From positions 98,810 through 162,809 of the forward strand of contig JAQURM010000003.1 in assembly GCA_028715605.1 (NCBI GenBank): DNA of 64,000 nucleotides, written 5' to 3'. The position numbers were made by a program, and so were the translations under genes. The notes under the pieces are model-generated. The model was not told where the DNA came from and searched no databases. It worked only from the letters and a program-made list of their open reading frames with translations. Each line of letters starts with the position of its first letter. Positions within the stretch are counted from its first letter, which is position 1. This DNA comes from Desulfovibrionales bacterium (GTDB lineage: Bacteria > Desulfobacterota > QYQD01). Below are positions 46,220-56,099 of this stretch, piece by piece.

Positions 46220-47035
46220 TTGATTACTATGATTTTAGATAAAATCGTTGCCCATAAGAGACTTGAGGTGGCCCGGCGTAGGGAGGAAGAACCCATTCCT
46301 GTCTTGATGCAGGAGATAGGTCGCTTGGCAGCACCGCGTTCATTGAGCAGCGCTCTTACTGCGGGTGGCGGAATAAATATAATTGCCGAGATAAAGCGGG
46401 CTTCACCCTCTGCCGGCATGATAGCCGGTAACATAGACCCGTCGTCTGTTGCTATGGAATATGAGATGGGTGGGGCAGCGGCCATTTCGGTATTGACGGA
46501 CAGGGAATTTTTTGCCGGTGACATTGCCTTTCTGCCCCAGGTCAGGCGGACGGTCTCGCTTCCCGTGCTTCGTAAAGATTTCCTCATAGACCCCTACCAG
46601 GTCTATGAGGCCAGGGCCTACGGGGCGGATGCCATCCTGCTCATTGCCGCCATCCTGGGAAACAGAGAGCTGAAGTCGTTTCTTGATTTGACACATGGGC
46701 TGGGGATGGAGGCCCTGGTTGAGGTGCATGATGAGCATGAACTCCATCGGGTACTGGAGACCGGAGCCGGCGTGATCGGGATCAATAACCGGAACCTCAA
46801 GGACTTTACAGTATCGCTGGAAGCCACCTTTAACCTTTGCCGCAAGATACCGGCGGGGAAGATAATAGTCAGTGAAAGCGGGATTAAAACCCGTTCCGAC
46901 ATTGTCCGGCTGGAAGAGGCCGGGATACAGGCGGTCTTGATCGGAGAGACCTTGATGCGAGCCCCGGACAGGACAAAAGCGATTATGGAGCTGTTAGGAA
47001 AAAGTGATCAGGATAAAGGTGTGTGGTATCACTAA
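46220..47035 (+). CDS. trpC: Indole-3-glycerol-phosphate synthase
   Basis: IIAEIKRASPS, LRKDF, and the GINNRNL region. Confidence 0.95.
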   Translation: MITMILDKIVAHKRLEVARRREEEPIPVLMQEIGRLAAPRSLSSALTAGGGINIIAEIKRASPSAGMIAGNIDPSSVAMEYEMGGAAAISVLTDREFFAGDIAFLPQVRRTVSLPVLRKDFLIDPYQVYEARAYGADAILLIAAILGNRELKSFLDLTHGLGMEALVEVHDEHELHRVLETGAGVIGINNRNLKDFTVSLEATFNLCRKIPAGKIIVSESGIKTRSDIVRLEEAGIQAVLIGETLMRAPDRTKAIMELLGKSDQDKGVWYH

Positions 47036-47618
47036 TATTGAGGATGCGTTGGCGGCCCAGGCCCTTGGGGCAGACGCCATAGGGCTGGTATTTGCCGAAA
47101 GCCCCCGCCGGGTGGAGAAAGAACGGGCCCGGAAGATCGTCCATGCCCTGCCTCCCTTTGTGCATTTGGTCGGGGTTTTCGTGGATGAAGAAAAGAGCGT
47201 GGTAGAGGAGATAGCTGATTTTTGCCGGTTGACGGTCTTGCAGTTCCACGGGTCGGAATCTCCTGAGTATTGTGCGGGATTTACCCGTCCTGTAATTAAG
47301 GCATTTCGCATAAGTCAGAGAGAAGATATCGAACGTATGGAACCGTACCAGGGTAAGGTAAGCGCATTTCTTTTAGACACCTATCACCCCGCGCTTGCCG
47401 GCGGTACCGGGCAGGCCTTTGATTGGACTATGGCTAAAGAGGCCGGAAAGATCGGGCCGGTTATCCTGGCCGGCGGCCTTAACCCGGATAATGTCGAGGC
47501 TGCCATCCGGGCTGTTAGGCCCTATGCGGTTGATGTGAGCAGCGGCGTGGAGATGTCGCCGGGCAAGAAGGATCATGATAAGATACAGCTGTTTATAGAA
47601 CGGGCGCAGCAGGCGTAA
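47004..47618 (+). CDS. trpF: Phosphoribosylanthranilate isomerase
   Basis: IKVCGIT, QFHG.E and LAGGL. 32-nt overlap with trpC. Confidence 0.9.
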   Translation: MIRIKVCGITNIEDALAAQALGADAIGLVFAESPRRVEKERARKIVHALPPFVHLVGVFVDEEKSVVEEIADFCRLTVLQFHGSESPEYCAGFTRPVIKAFRISQREDIERMEPYQGKVSAFLLDTYHPALAGGTGQAFDWTMAKEAGKIGPVILAGGLNPDNVEAAIRAVRPYAVDVSSGVEMSPGKKDHDKIQLFIERAQQA

Positions 47619-47682
47619 ATCATATAATCAGCCCGTCTTCTGAATTCTGTCTTCTGTATTCTTTCTAAAGGAGGTAAGCATA

Positions 47683-48870
47683 ATGCTTCCAGACAAAAGA
47701 GGGCATTTTGGCATGTTTGGGGGACGTTTTGTCCCGGAAACATTGATGCCGGCCCTTATGGAACTCGGGAAAAAATATCACTACTACCGGAAAGACAGGT
47801 CCTTTAAGGAAGAGCTCCGCTTCTACCTTACGGAATACACGGGCAGGCCAACCCCGCTTTACTTCTGCAAGCGTCTTACGGAGAAACTAAAAAGGGCCAG
47901 GGTCTATTTAAAGCGGGAAGACTTGACCCACACCGGGGCACACAAGATAAATAATACCTTGGGCCAGGTCTTGCTGGCCAGGAAAATGGGCAAAAAGCGG
48001 GTTATTGCCGAGACCGGAGCCGGACAGCACGGCGTGGCCACGGCCACCGCTGCGGCCCTTTTGGGCCTGGAGTGCGATGTCTATATGGGCGCGGTGGACA
48101 TCAAGAGACAGGCCATGAATGTCTTTCGTATGCAGCTACTCGGTGCCAAGGTCATACCTGTGGAACAGGGCAGCAAGACCCTGAAGGACGCTATTAACGA
48201 GGCTATCCGGGACTGGGTAACCAACGTTCAAAATACCCATTATGTGATCGGCTCGGTGGTGGGGCCGCATCCTTATCCCATGATAGTCCGTGACTTCCAA
48301 TCGGTAATCGGTCAGGAGACGCGGCGGCAAATCCTAAAAAAAGAGGGACGCCTTCCCGATGTTATTATAGCCTGCGTGGGCGGCGGGAGTAATGCTATGG
48401 GCATCTTTTATCCCTTCCGAAGTGACCCGGTCCGCTTGATCGGCGTGGAGGCGGGTGGGGAGGGCATCCCCTCCGGGCAGCACTCGGCTACCCTCGGTGC
48501 CGGAAGCATCGGCGTTCTGCATGGGGCTATGAGCTACCTGCTTCAGACCGCTGACGGCCAGATCAGAGATACCCATTCCGTAGCTGCGGGTCTTGACTAT
48601 CCCGGTGTGGGGCCGGAACACGCCCATTATCAGGATAGCAAGCGCGCGGAATACGTCTCGGTAACGGATGCCGAGGCATTGGAAGGTTTTAAGCTCCTTT
48701 CCGAGACCGAGGGGATTATCCCTGCCTTGGAGAGTGCGCATGCCATCGCCTACGCCGCCAAGATTGTGCCCAGGTTGTCCCGTAAGGATATAGTAGTAAT
48801 CAACCTCTCCGGCCGGGGAGATAAAGATGTAGAGACCGTAGCCGGTCTTTTAGCAGGAGGTGCTGCATGA
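47683..48870 (+). CDS. trpB: Tryptophan synthase beta chain
   Basis: [12 protein letters not shown]-Lys and GGGSNA.G. Confidence 0.95.
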   Translation: MLPDKRGHFGMFGGRFVPETLMPALMELGKKYHYYRKDRSFKEELRFYLTEYTGRPTPLYFCKRLTEKLKRARVYLKREDLTHTGAHKINNTLGQVLLARKMGKKRVIAETGAGQHGVATATAAALLGLECDVYMGAVDIKRQAMNVFRMQLLGAKVIPVEQGSKTLKDAINEAIRDWVTNVQNTHYVIGSVVGPHPYPMIVRDFQSVIGQETRRQILKKEGRLPDVIIACVGGGSNAMGIFYPFRSDPVRLIGVEAGGEGIPSGQHSATLGAGSIGVLHGAMSYLLQTADGQIRDTHSVAAGLDYPGVGPEHAHYQDSKRAEYVSVTDAEALEGFKLLSETEGIIPALESAHAIAYAAKIVPRLSRKDIVVINLSGRGDKDVETVAGLLAGGAA

Positions 48871-49658
48871 GCCGTATAGCAGAGGTTTTTGCCGGCAAGA
48901 AAAAAAACAAGAAAGCTGCTCTCATCCCGTTTCTTACCGCCGGTGATCCATCTCTTGACCATACCGCAGAACTGGTGTTGGAGATGGAACGGCAGGGGGC
49001 GGATCTAATTGAATTGGGTGTGCCTTTTTCCGATCCCTTAGCCGACGGGCCGACCATCCAGGCCGCCAGCCAGCGTGCCTTGACCCAGGGTGTACGCCTG
49101 GAGGACGTCATCGGCCTGGTTCGGAATCTTCGCAGCAAAACCCGTATCCCGCTCGTCCTGATGACTTATTATAATCCGGTCTTGCAGTATGGGTTGAAAC
49201 GCACGGCCCGGAAAGCAGCTCAAGCCGGCGTGGATGGCTTTATCATCCCTGATCTTCCTCCCGAAGAAGCAGAAGAGTGGAAAAAAGAGGCAGACAAAGC
49301 CGGTCTGGACACCATTTTTCTCCTGGCTCCGACCAGTGACCTCGACCGGATTAAGAAGGTTACCCGCTTGAGCAGCGGTTTTATCTACTATGTCTCGGTT
49401 ACCGGCATAACCGGCGTCAGGAAAGATCTGCCGGGCGATCTTCTGGCTAAGTTAAAATTGGTCAAGAAACACGCTACCGTTCCTGTGTCTGTGGGATTTG
49501 GCATCTCCACACCGGAACAGGTGGCCATGCTGGCCCCGCATGCGGACGGCATCATCGTGGGCAGCGCCATTGTAAATCTTATAGCCAGACATGCTGAAGA
49601 TCCGCAGCTCGTGCCCATCGTGGGCCGATTTGTGGCCCATCTCAAGACCGGGATATAG
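48867..49658 (+). CDS. trpA: Tryptophan synthase alpha chain
   Basis: ATGA overlap with trp[22 protein letters not shown] and YYVS.TGVTG. Confidence 0.95.
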   Translation: MSRIAEVFAGKKKNKKAALIPFLTAGDPSLDHTAELVLEMERQGADLIELGVPFSDPLADGPTIQAASQRALTQGVRLEDVIGLVRNLRSKTRIPLVLMTYYNPVLQYGLKRTARKAAQAGVDGFIIPDLPPEEAEEWKKEADKAGLDTIFLLAPTSDLDRIKKVTRLSSGFIYYVSVTGITGVRKDLPGDLLAKLKLVKKHATVPVSVGFGISTPEQVAMLAPHADGIIVGSAIVNLIARHAEDPQLVPIVGRFVAHLKTGI

Positions 49659-49666
49659 TAGCTTAA

Positions 49667-50449
49667 TTATATTTGTCCTCTGAGTTTGGTCCAGGCTATC
49701 CCTAAATATTCGTAAACAGCCGTTTCCGACTTATGGAGGTTATCCGCATGGGGAAAGAACGAACCAGGGCCTAACGCCTGGTTACTCTTGACCCGATGTC
49801 TGGTAGGGGCAGGAATCGGATTCATCCCTAGCTTTTTAAACAGGGACATGGCCCGCGGCATGTGGGAGGCTGAGGTCACCAGGACAAAAGGGGCGCTGCC
49901 GACTATAGACTTCATGATGCAGGCCTCATCGTGCGTATCTTTGGGCCTGCTTTCGACAATTATATCGTTCCTATCAACACCAAGTTCCCTGGCAATACCG
50001 GCCATAACCTCGGCATTAGGAACCGGGTCAAACACCCTTCCGCCGGACAAAACAAGCTTACTACCCGGTTGCTTCCGGTAAATTCGAATTCCCTCTGCCA
50101 GACGAACCATGGAAGAATCATCTATCTGACTGGTCATGGGAAGTTTTGGGTCAGAGGTATGCCCTCCGCCCAGGACGACAACAAACCTTGGCGGATATTT
50201 AGGCCCATCCGCCGCACCTTCAGTAACATAAGTCTTGTATCTGTTTTCGAGGGGATGCAGGAGCCGGTCAGATATAAACCCATAGCTTAAAAGCGTCAGG
50301 GTAATTAAGCCGATAGATATAAGCGCCTTGCCCAGCCTTTGTCTTCGCGTGAAGTACAGCAGGAATAATCCTGTAAGGGAAATTTCAAGGCACAAGGGTA
50401 GCGGGAGCAAAAGTTGAGAGATTATTTTTTTTAGCAGAAACATAAGCAT
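49667..50449 (-). CDS. DUF218 (SanA/YdcF/ElyC-family) membrane-anchored protein
   Basis: N-terminal TM. VVLGGG, LVLSGG and E...M...A...GV...I..E..S..T. Confidence 0.75.
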   Translation of the reverse strand: MLMFLLKKIISQLLLPLPLCLEISLTGLFLLYFTRRQRLGKALISIGLITLTLLSYGFISDRLLHPLENRYKTYVTEGAADGPKYPPRFVVVLGGGHTSDPKLPMTSQIDDSSMVRLAEGIRIYRKQPGSKLVLSGGRVFDPVPNAEVMAGIARELGVDRNDIIVESRPKDTHDEACIMKSIVGSAPFVLVTSASHMPRAMSLFKKLGMNPIPAPTRHRVKSNQALGPGSFFPHADNLHKSETAVYEYLGIAWTKLRGQI

Positions 50450-50504
50450 ATCCCTATCGATGATAATCGTATTGTCAAAAGATTAACCACAGAGCACACC
50501 GAGA

Positions 50505-50565
50505 AGAGACGGTTTCAACCGTTTGAGCGGTTTAAGCTGCTTGAACTGTTATAAGCGGTTTAACA
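50505..50565. repeat. 9-bp tandem repeat array related to 30597-30680
   Basis: ggtttcaac cgtttgagc ggtttaagc tgcttgaac tgttataagc ggtttaaca. Confidence 0.7.
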
Positions 50566-50604
50566 AATGATGATGGCCACGTAACTTCAAAACAGTATGG
50601 CGGC

Positions 50605-52464
50605 CTACTGTAAAATTCCAACCTGCGGTGGGCACGCCTCGTCGTGCTCCCTCTCTCTAATCGCACATTTTTTTTCAAAGCCGGCGTATAGAGATTTCAG
50701 CCGGGCTTTCTGCCGCTCCACAGTCGGCGGGATGGATGCCAGGTTTTCTCCCGGATAGGGCTGCTTTCGCCCAATATCAAGGCAAAAATCCATACTTTTT
50801 TCGAGATGGTCCTTGAATTCCCGCAGGTTTTTGATTTCTTTGGGCGTGTGTTGACTGCGAGCCACCTGTTTTTCGAAGTAATCCACGTACAGCACGATTT
50901 CGTTGGCAAACATGTGCGGCCGCTGAGATGAAACCAGGGACGGGCTCCGCCCGTAGATGTGATCCACCATCTCTTGCAAGGTGTAAATTCCGTTGAACCA
51001 GGCGAGGTTAGGGCCGGGGCATATACACTGGGGCGCATCTTTGGCCTCGGCGATTCCCAGGGCGATGAGGGCTCCATTTCCCAGATGATCGCAGATACAG
51101 GCCCTTTCCATGATCTCCTCACGCAGCCTTTCTTTCTCAGCCTCCGGAAGCCCCATCTGGTTTATCTCTTTCAGCTTATTTTTCTGGAATTGTCTGGAGG
51201 CAAGACATATAGGTTTTTTAGTAAATTCGGTGTTGGATATCAGATAACCCTTGGCACAGGGAGAGCCCGGCCTGCCCTCCGCCGCCATCTTGCGCAGCCA
51301 CAGTTCTGACCCGGTGTTGCGCACATTGTTGAAAGGAATTCCGAGAGGGGAGGCGCCGCTAATGTAGAGATCAGTTTCTCCGGCCTGCCTTAATAACTCA
51401 CGGGTAGGGGCATCCACACAGGTGGCTTCAGGGACCAGGAGAAACGGGGTGCCCCATCCGGTCAGGTCCATACCGAAGTCTTCCTGCAGCCTGCGCACCT
51501 CTCCGTGGTTGCCGATACCACCCTGAACAGTGATGAGTGGGCCGGTTTCCAGACCCGGTTCCGGATAGGTCCAGCCCATATCCCGGTAGTGCCTGAGTAT
51601 CAGCGGTTTAAATTCTGCGGCCAGTTGCCCGCGTTTTTCCTTGAATTCCTGGAGAATGCCGGGGAGTAAAATTCCGTTGGTGGGAAAGGCATGCCCTCCG
51701 CAATTAAGTCCTGATTCAACGCGGAATTCATGCACCTCCAATCCCTTTTTCGCCAGGAACTTCCCCTGGATGAGTGCGGAGCGGAAGTCGCTCACCTTGA
51801 GGATTATCTTCTTTTTGACCTCACCCCGTTCATCCCGGTAAAAATCCCGGAACCGGGTCATGTAGGTGTAAAGGCTCTGGTTAATCCCGGCGGAAAATAC
51901 GATGCCGGACCTGAGGCTGCTATCGGCATAGCCTTTAAGGGCTGTTTTGGCGTCGCTGAATTCATCATCGCGGGGGTGGCCGTTTCTGTCAAAGGTGTTG
52001 TCCAGTTTGACCATAATATTGACGTCAATAGAGCCGGCGTGCATTCTACGGGTCAGATCCCTTTCCAGCGCATCTCGTTCCGGCCCGGCGTGCATATCCA
52101 ACAGCCTGCTGTAATCCTTTTTCAGGGGGCTTTCATCCGGTAACAGCTCAAAATACTTCCTCTTGTCGTTGTCTGCGAAGAAGGGTTGTTGCCGGATGTC
52201 CTCCATTCTAAGCCGAACGATTTCCCGAACGACTTCGAGGTAAGCAGTGATCCTTTTTGCCCTGCCATGCTCTTCGTGCCTTGGGATTTCGACGTATGGT
52301 AAATTGTATTTTTCGCTGTAGTATTTGCGGATTTGTTCGAGCAAAATATCATCTACCAATGAAATAACGGAAGAGATACCCAGCGGAGCCACACGGATGG
52401 GCGTGTCAACAGAGTGCCCGGTACCCATGACCGGGATGTGAAAGGTGTGGTAATAGTCTATCAT
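50605..52464 (-). CDS. Large conserved protein with an FMN-type TIM-barrel-like core (IMPDH/NPD-like GGIGN..G motif) and a C-terminal Cys cluster. Function unknown
   Basis: ATG at 52464 (MIDYYHTF), RBS AAAGGGG. LNCGGHAF, VQGGIGNHGEVRRLQEDFGMDLTGWGTPFLL, CICDH..CICPG. Confidence 0.55.
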   Translation of the reverse strand: MIDYYHTFHIPVMGTGHSVDTPIRVAPLGISSVISLVDDILLEQIRKYYSEKYNLPYVEIPRHEEHGRAKRITAYLEVVREIVRLRMEDIRQQPFFADNDKRKYFELLPDESPLKKDYSRLLDMHAGPERDALERDLTRRMHAGSIDVNIMVKLDNTFDRNGHPRDDEFSDAKTALKGYADSSLRSGIVFSAGINQSLYTYMTRFRDFYRDERGEVKKKIILKVSDFRSALIQGKFLAKKGLEVHEFRVESGLNCGGHAFPTNGILLPGILQEFKEKRGQLAAEFKPLILRHYRDMGWTYPEPGLETGPLITVQGGIGNHGEVRRLQEDFGMDLTGWGTPFLLVPEATCVDAPTRELLRQAGETDLYISGASPLGIPFNNVRNTGSELWLRKMAAEGRPGSPCAKGYLISNTEFTKKPICLASRQFQKNKLKEINQMGLPEAEKERLREEIMERACICDHLGNGALIALGIAEAKDAPQCICPGPNLAWFNGIYTLQEMVDHIYGRSPSLVSSQRPHMFANEIVLYVDYFEKQVARSQHTPKEIKNLREFKDHLEKSMDFCLDIGRKQPYPGENLASIPPTVERQKARLKSLYAGFEKKCAIREREHDEACPPQVGILQ

Positions 52465-52613
52465 GTACGCCCCTTTTTGTTCGGTCGAACCGATACAATG
52501 CCTTCGAAAAGGCGCAATACGCAATATGTTACAGCAACCTGCGGTAAGATTCCATAAATCTGTTAAAAAGTCAATGGAGTTCAGGAAGATGTCCCGGGCA
52601 GGCCTCCGATAAT

Positions 52614-53471
52614 TTATCTTCTTACCAGGCTGATTATAAAGGTGAGTAAAAAGCAGAGCGATGCCGTGAGGATGATAGAGGCGCCGGTGGCCATATCGGT
52701 GTAGAAGGAGATTACCAGCCCGGAGATACCGGATACCCAGGCAAAAACCAGAGCGTACCAGAACATCTGGCGGACGTTCCGGCTGACATTTCGGGCGCTG
52801 GCCGGGGGGACAATAAGGAGCGCGGTGATAAGCAGCATGCCGATAGTTCTTATACCCACGGTTACCACCACGGCCAGGATTATGGCAAAAATGTAGTTAT
52901 AGATCTTGACCGGGATGTCTTGTGAGCGCGCCAATGGTTCGTTGATCCCGGTGAGTAGGAGGCGGTTATAGCTAAGGGCTATGAAGATAAGAACGACTGC
53001 GAACAGGGCGAAAGTGACGGCTATCTCCATTTCTGCTATGGTGAGGACGTCACCAAAGAGGAAAGGGGAAAGGGTCTGGGAGAGACCTTTGCGAGTGCTG
53101 ATTATGGCGATACCCAGGGCGATGGTGGCGGCAAAAAAGACGCCGATTATGGTGTCCATAGGGAGATCGGAACGGGTTTTAAACTTGGCGATGCCCAAGG
53201 CTACCAGGACCCCGAATACGACCATGGTCAGGAGCGGATTTATGTTTAAAAGCAGGCCGAGGGCGATACCGGCAAAGGCCGAATGAGAGATGGCATCACT
53301 GAAAAAGGCCATACGGTAATTTACCACCTGTATGCCGACGATGGCGCAGAGCGGGGTTATGAGCATGATTTCCAGAAAGGCCCTTTTCATAAAGAGAGAA
53401 GCGGCCCAGGCGAATGGGAGGGCGGTGTCCAGAAGGCTGTAGATTGTGGCGAAGAGAGATTCCATAGTCAT
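52614..53471 (-). CDS. znuB: Zinc/manganese ABC transporter permease (ABC-3 family)
   Basis: 8-TM ABC-3 topology with the conserved loop motif. Confidence 0.85.
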   Translation of the reverse strand: MTMESLFATIYSLLDTALPFAWAASLFMKRAFLEIMLITPLCAIVGIQVVNYRMAFFSDAISHSAFAGIALGLLLNINPLLTMVVFGVLVALGIAKFKTRSDLPMDTIIGVFFAATIALGIAIISTRKGLSQTLSPFLFGDVLTIAEMEIAVTFALFAVVLIFIALSYNRLLLTGINEPLARSQDIPVKIYNYIFAIILAVVVTVGIRTIGMLLITALLIVPPASARNVSRNVRQMFWYALVFAWVSGISGLVISFYTDMATGASIILTASLCFLLTFIISLVRR

Positions 53472-53474
53472 AGG

Positions 53475-54263
53475 TTATTTATGGTGCAAGGGATGGATAC
53501 AGGTCGTAGATGCGCCGGGGCGTATATCCTGGCCGTGCCGGTACAGACCGGCGTGGGGGCCATAGACGGCCATGATATTTTCCGGTGTCAATACTTCCGG
53601 CGCTCCACCCTGGCACTGGACGGTTCGGTTAAGGCAGATGACGTGTTCGGCATGGCCGGTCACTATGGAAAGATCATGCGAGACAATCACCATGGTTAAG
53701 TGGCCTTCCCTCTGCACCCGGGTCATAAATTCACAGAACAGGACTTCTCCGGAGACGTCGACCCCCGTGGCCGGTTCGTCCAGAAGCAGGATTTCCGGAT
53801 CCCGCGAGATAGCCATGGCCAGCATAACCCGCTGCAGTTCTCCGCCGGATAGCCGTCCGATCTGACGCTCGCGCAAGTGTTCCACACCGATCTCACGGAG
53901 GGCTTCCAGGGCCTTGTCTCTTTTTGCCTGTTGGTAGCCCAGCCAGAGGGGGCGCCGTTGGGAAGAAAGGGTGAGAAAATCGAGGACGGTGAGCGGCAAC
54001 CCGCGATCAAAATCCAGGCGCTGCGGAACGTAACCGATGCGGGGTCTGGCTGTTTCCCGCCGGCCGTCCCGGAGAAAGAATATCTCCCCTTCATGCGGGA
54101 TGACACCGAGGATGGCCAGTATCAGCGTAGTCTTCCCGGCACCGTTGGGGCCGATCAGGGCCGTAATTTTGCCCTTAGGGATGCCGGCGCTGACATTCTT
54201 TAGAAGAGACACACGATTTACAGTTACGCTTACATTTACAAGTTCGATAGCTGTGTTGGCCAT
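53475..54263 (-). CDS. znuC: Zinc ABC transporter ATP-binding protein
   Basis: Walker A GPNGAGKTT, signature LSGGELQRV, Walker B LLLDEP. Confidence 0.9.
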   Translation of the reverse strand: MANTAIELVNVSVTVNRVSLLKNVSAGIPKGKITALIGPNGAGKTTLILAILGVIPHEGEIFFLRDGRRETARPRIGYVPQRLDFDRGLPLTVLDFLTLSSQRRPLWLGYQQAKRDKALEALREIGVEHLRERQIGRLSGGELQRVMLAMAISRDPEILLLDEPATGVDVSGEVLFCEFMTRVQREGHLTMVIVSHDLSIVTGHAEHVICLNRTVQCQGGAPEVLTPENIMAVYGPHAGLYRHGQDIRPGASTTCIHPLHHK

Positions 54264-55209
54264 CAGTTAATTCTCCTGCCAGGGCTTTTTGTATAATAGC
54301 AAGGTTTGCGTGCATGACCTTTTCATAGTAATCAAGCCCGATAGTTCCTTGAGCAGTGGTTACCGGGTCTAAGACATAAAACGGGACCCCGGTTTCATGG
54401 CTCAAGACCTGGGCCAGGCGGGGCGGATACTGGGGTTCGGCAAAAATGGCGGCGACCTTCTCTTTTTGTATGGTCTGGATTAATTTGTTCAATTTCCCGG
54501 CAGATGGCGGTTGGCCGGGATCTTCTTCGATATAAGCGACTACCGTAAGGCCAAGGTCGCGAGCCAGGTAATCAAAAACGTTATGGAAGGCAACCACCTT
54601 TCGTTTTTTAATCCTACAGGCGGCGTCTTTGACCCCGGAGATGAGTTTTTCCAGCCGTGCCGTAAAATTTGCGGCGTTTTTGCGGTAGAGTACAGAATGT
54701 TTCAGGTCTATGGCGGAAAGAGACTCGGCAATATTTCTAACTTGAACCGCGGCCAGAGCCGGGCTGGTCCATACGTGGGCATTGATCCGGCCGGGATGAT
54801 GTTCATGGCCATGGTGGCTGTGGCCTTCTTTCGCTTCCAGAGGTGTAATCCCTCTTGAAGCATCTATGATCTTAATATCAGGGTTTGCTGCCTGAACAGG
54901 GCGGCCGGCAAATTCTTCCATGCCGAGACCATTGATGACCAGAACGGAGGATGCAGCGATCTTCTTCAAGTCGCCCGGTGTCAAGGTATAGTCATGCGGA
55001 CAACCCGTGCCCGGAGGGAGCATGAGTTCGACAGATACCCCCGGAATTCCCCGGACTACATTATTTGTAAAGATATAGATGGGCAGGAAAGATGCGAGGA
55101 TGCGAAGGTTTTCCCCCCCTTGCGATGAAGAGGCATGGGCCGGCATCGGACATACAAACAGGGCTAACGAGATAATGAAGCAAACAGCGAGCGAAATTAG
55201 TTTACGCAT
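54175..55209 (-). CDS. znuA: Zinc ABC transporter periplasmic binding protein with a His-rich loop
   Basis: Signal peptide. EGHSHHGHEHHPGRINAHVW His-rich region, and the cluster-9 SBP fold. The 3' end overlaps znuC by 89 nt. Confidence 0.85.
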   Translation of the reverse strand: MRKLISLAVCFIISLALFVCPMPAHASSSQGGENLRILASFLPIYIFTNNVVRGIPGVSVELMLPPGTGCPHDYTLTPGDLKKIAASSVLVINGLGMEEFAGRPVQAANPDIKIIDASRGITPLEAKEGHSHHGHEHHPGRINAHVWTSPALAAVQVRNIAESLSAIDLKHSVLYRKNAANFTARLEKLISGVKDAACRIKKRKVVAFHNVFDYLARDLGLTVVAYIEEDPGQPPSAGKLNKLIQTIQKEKVAAIFAEPQYPPRLAQVLSHETGVPFYVLDPVTTAQGTIGLDYYEKVMHANLAIIQKALAGELTDGQHSYRTCKCKRNCKSCVSSKECQRRHP

Positions 55210-55402
55210 AAAATTACTCCCCAGCGCTTTGGTAGTCAGTTGTCCGTAGTCCGTCAAATTCTTAAATCAAGAACTCAGGAACTTATAAAAATACTATTCT
55301 GTTCCTGTTTTTCCGCCCCGGCGGATCTGACTGTGGCACGACTTAATTTCCAGATTCATCCATATTAGTTACATCCATTGTAACCGGCAACTGACAGCGG
55401 GC

Positions 55403-55849
55403 TTAGATCCCCTGACAATCCGGGCAAATTCCGAAGCATTCCAGATAGTGGTCTTCCAGGGTAAAACCTGATTCTTTTTGAATGGCATCAGCCATATCCT
55501 GCACCACACAATGGCGCACTTTTTCTATCCGGCCGCAGACCTGGCACTTGATATGGTGCACATGCCGGCCGGGTAGTATAGCTTCGTAGCGTTTGAAAGC
55601 CTCTCTTAAATCGATTTCCCTAACCAGGCCAACGCCCTTCAGGGCGCGCAGATTGCGATAGACAGTAGCCAGATCGACCTTATGGCCTGCAAGTCGCCGG
55701 TGGATCTCATCCGGGCTTAAGGGCTTTTCGCTTTGGGTCAGTATACGCCATATTTCTGCCCGGGCCCGGGTGAGAGATTTTCTGTGCCTGCGCAGATGGT
55801 TCGCTATGTCCACAAATAATACAATAACAAAAATGCAAATCATTTGCAA
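55403..55849 (-). CDS. zur: Fur-family zinc uptake regulator
   Basis: R..IL..L. helix, HHH.H..C..CG....C and C..C metal sites. Start at 55849 or 55843. Confidence 0.8.
   Translation of the reverse strand: MQMICIFVIVLFVDIANHLRRHRKSLTRARAEIWRILTQSEKPLSPDEIHRRLAGHKVDLATVYRNLRALKGVGLVREIDLREAFKRYEAILPGRHVHHIKCQVCGRIEKVRHCVVQDMADAIQKESGFTLEDHYLECFGICPDCQGI
55832..55846. promoter_or_regulatory. Perfect 15-bp palindrome TGCAAAT-C-ATTTGCA overlapping the zur start (candidate Zur/Fur operator)
   Basis: aaaaatgcaaatcatttgcaagtttt in an AT-rich context at the 5' end of the zur-znuACB operon. Confidence 0.5.
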
Positions 55850-56099
55850 GTTTTGTTACGACAACGAGGAGTCGCATATTAAATATCAGGTGAATAGAGT
55901 CGATAAGACAAAAAACGATCCTGGCTTCCTGGTGGGGGAACGTCTGCTTTTTGTTCCAAAAACTCTCAAGGTATTGGTACAAGTTAGTTTGCGGTCGATA
56001 AAAAATTAAGGGGGTATGTATCCTTTTTGTTGTATAATTGCATCATTCAATAAATAGTATATAAGGTCATTTTGATTTTAAGGAAGACGAGGAGGTAAG

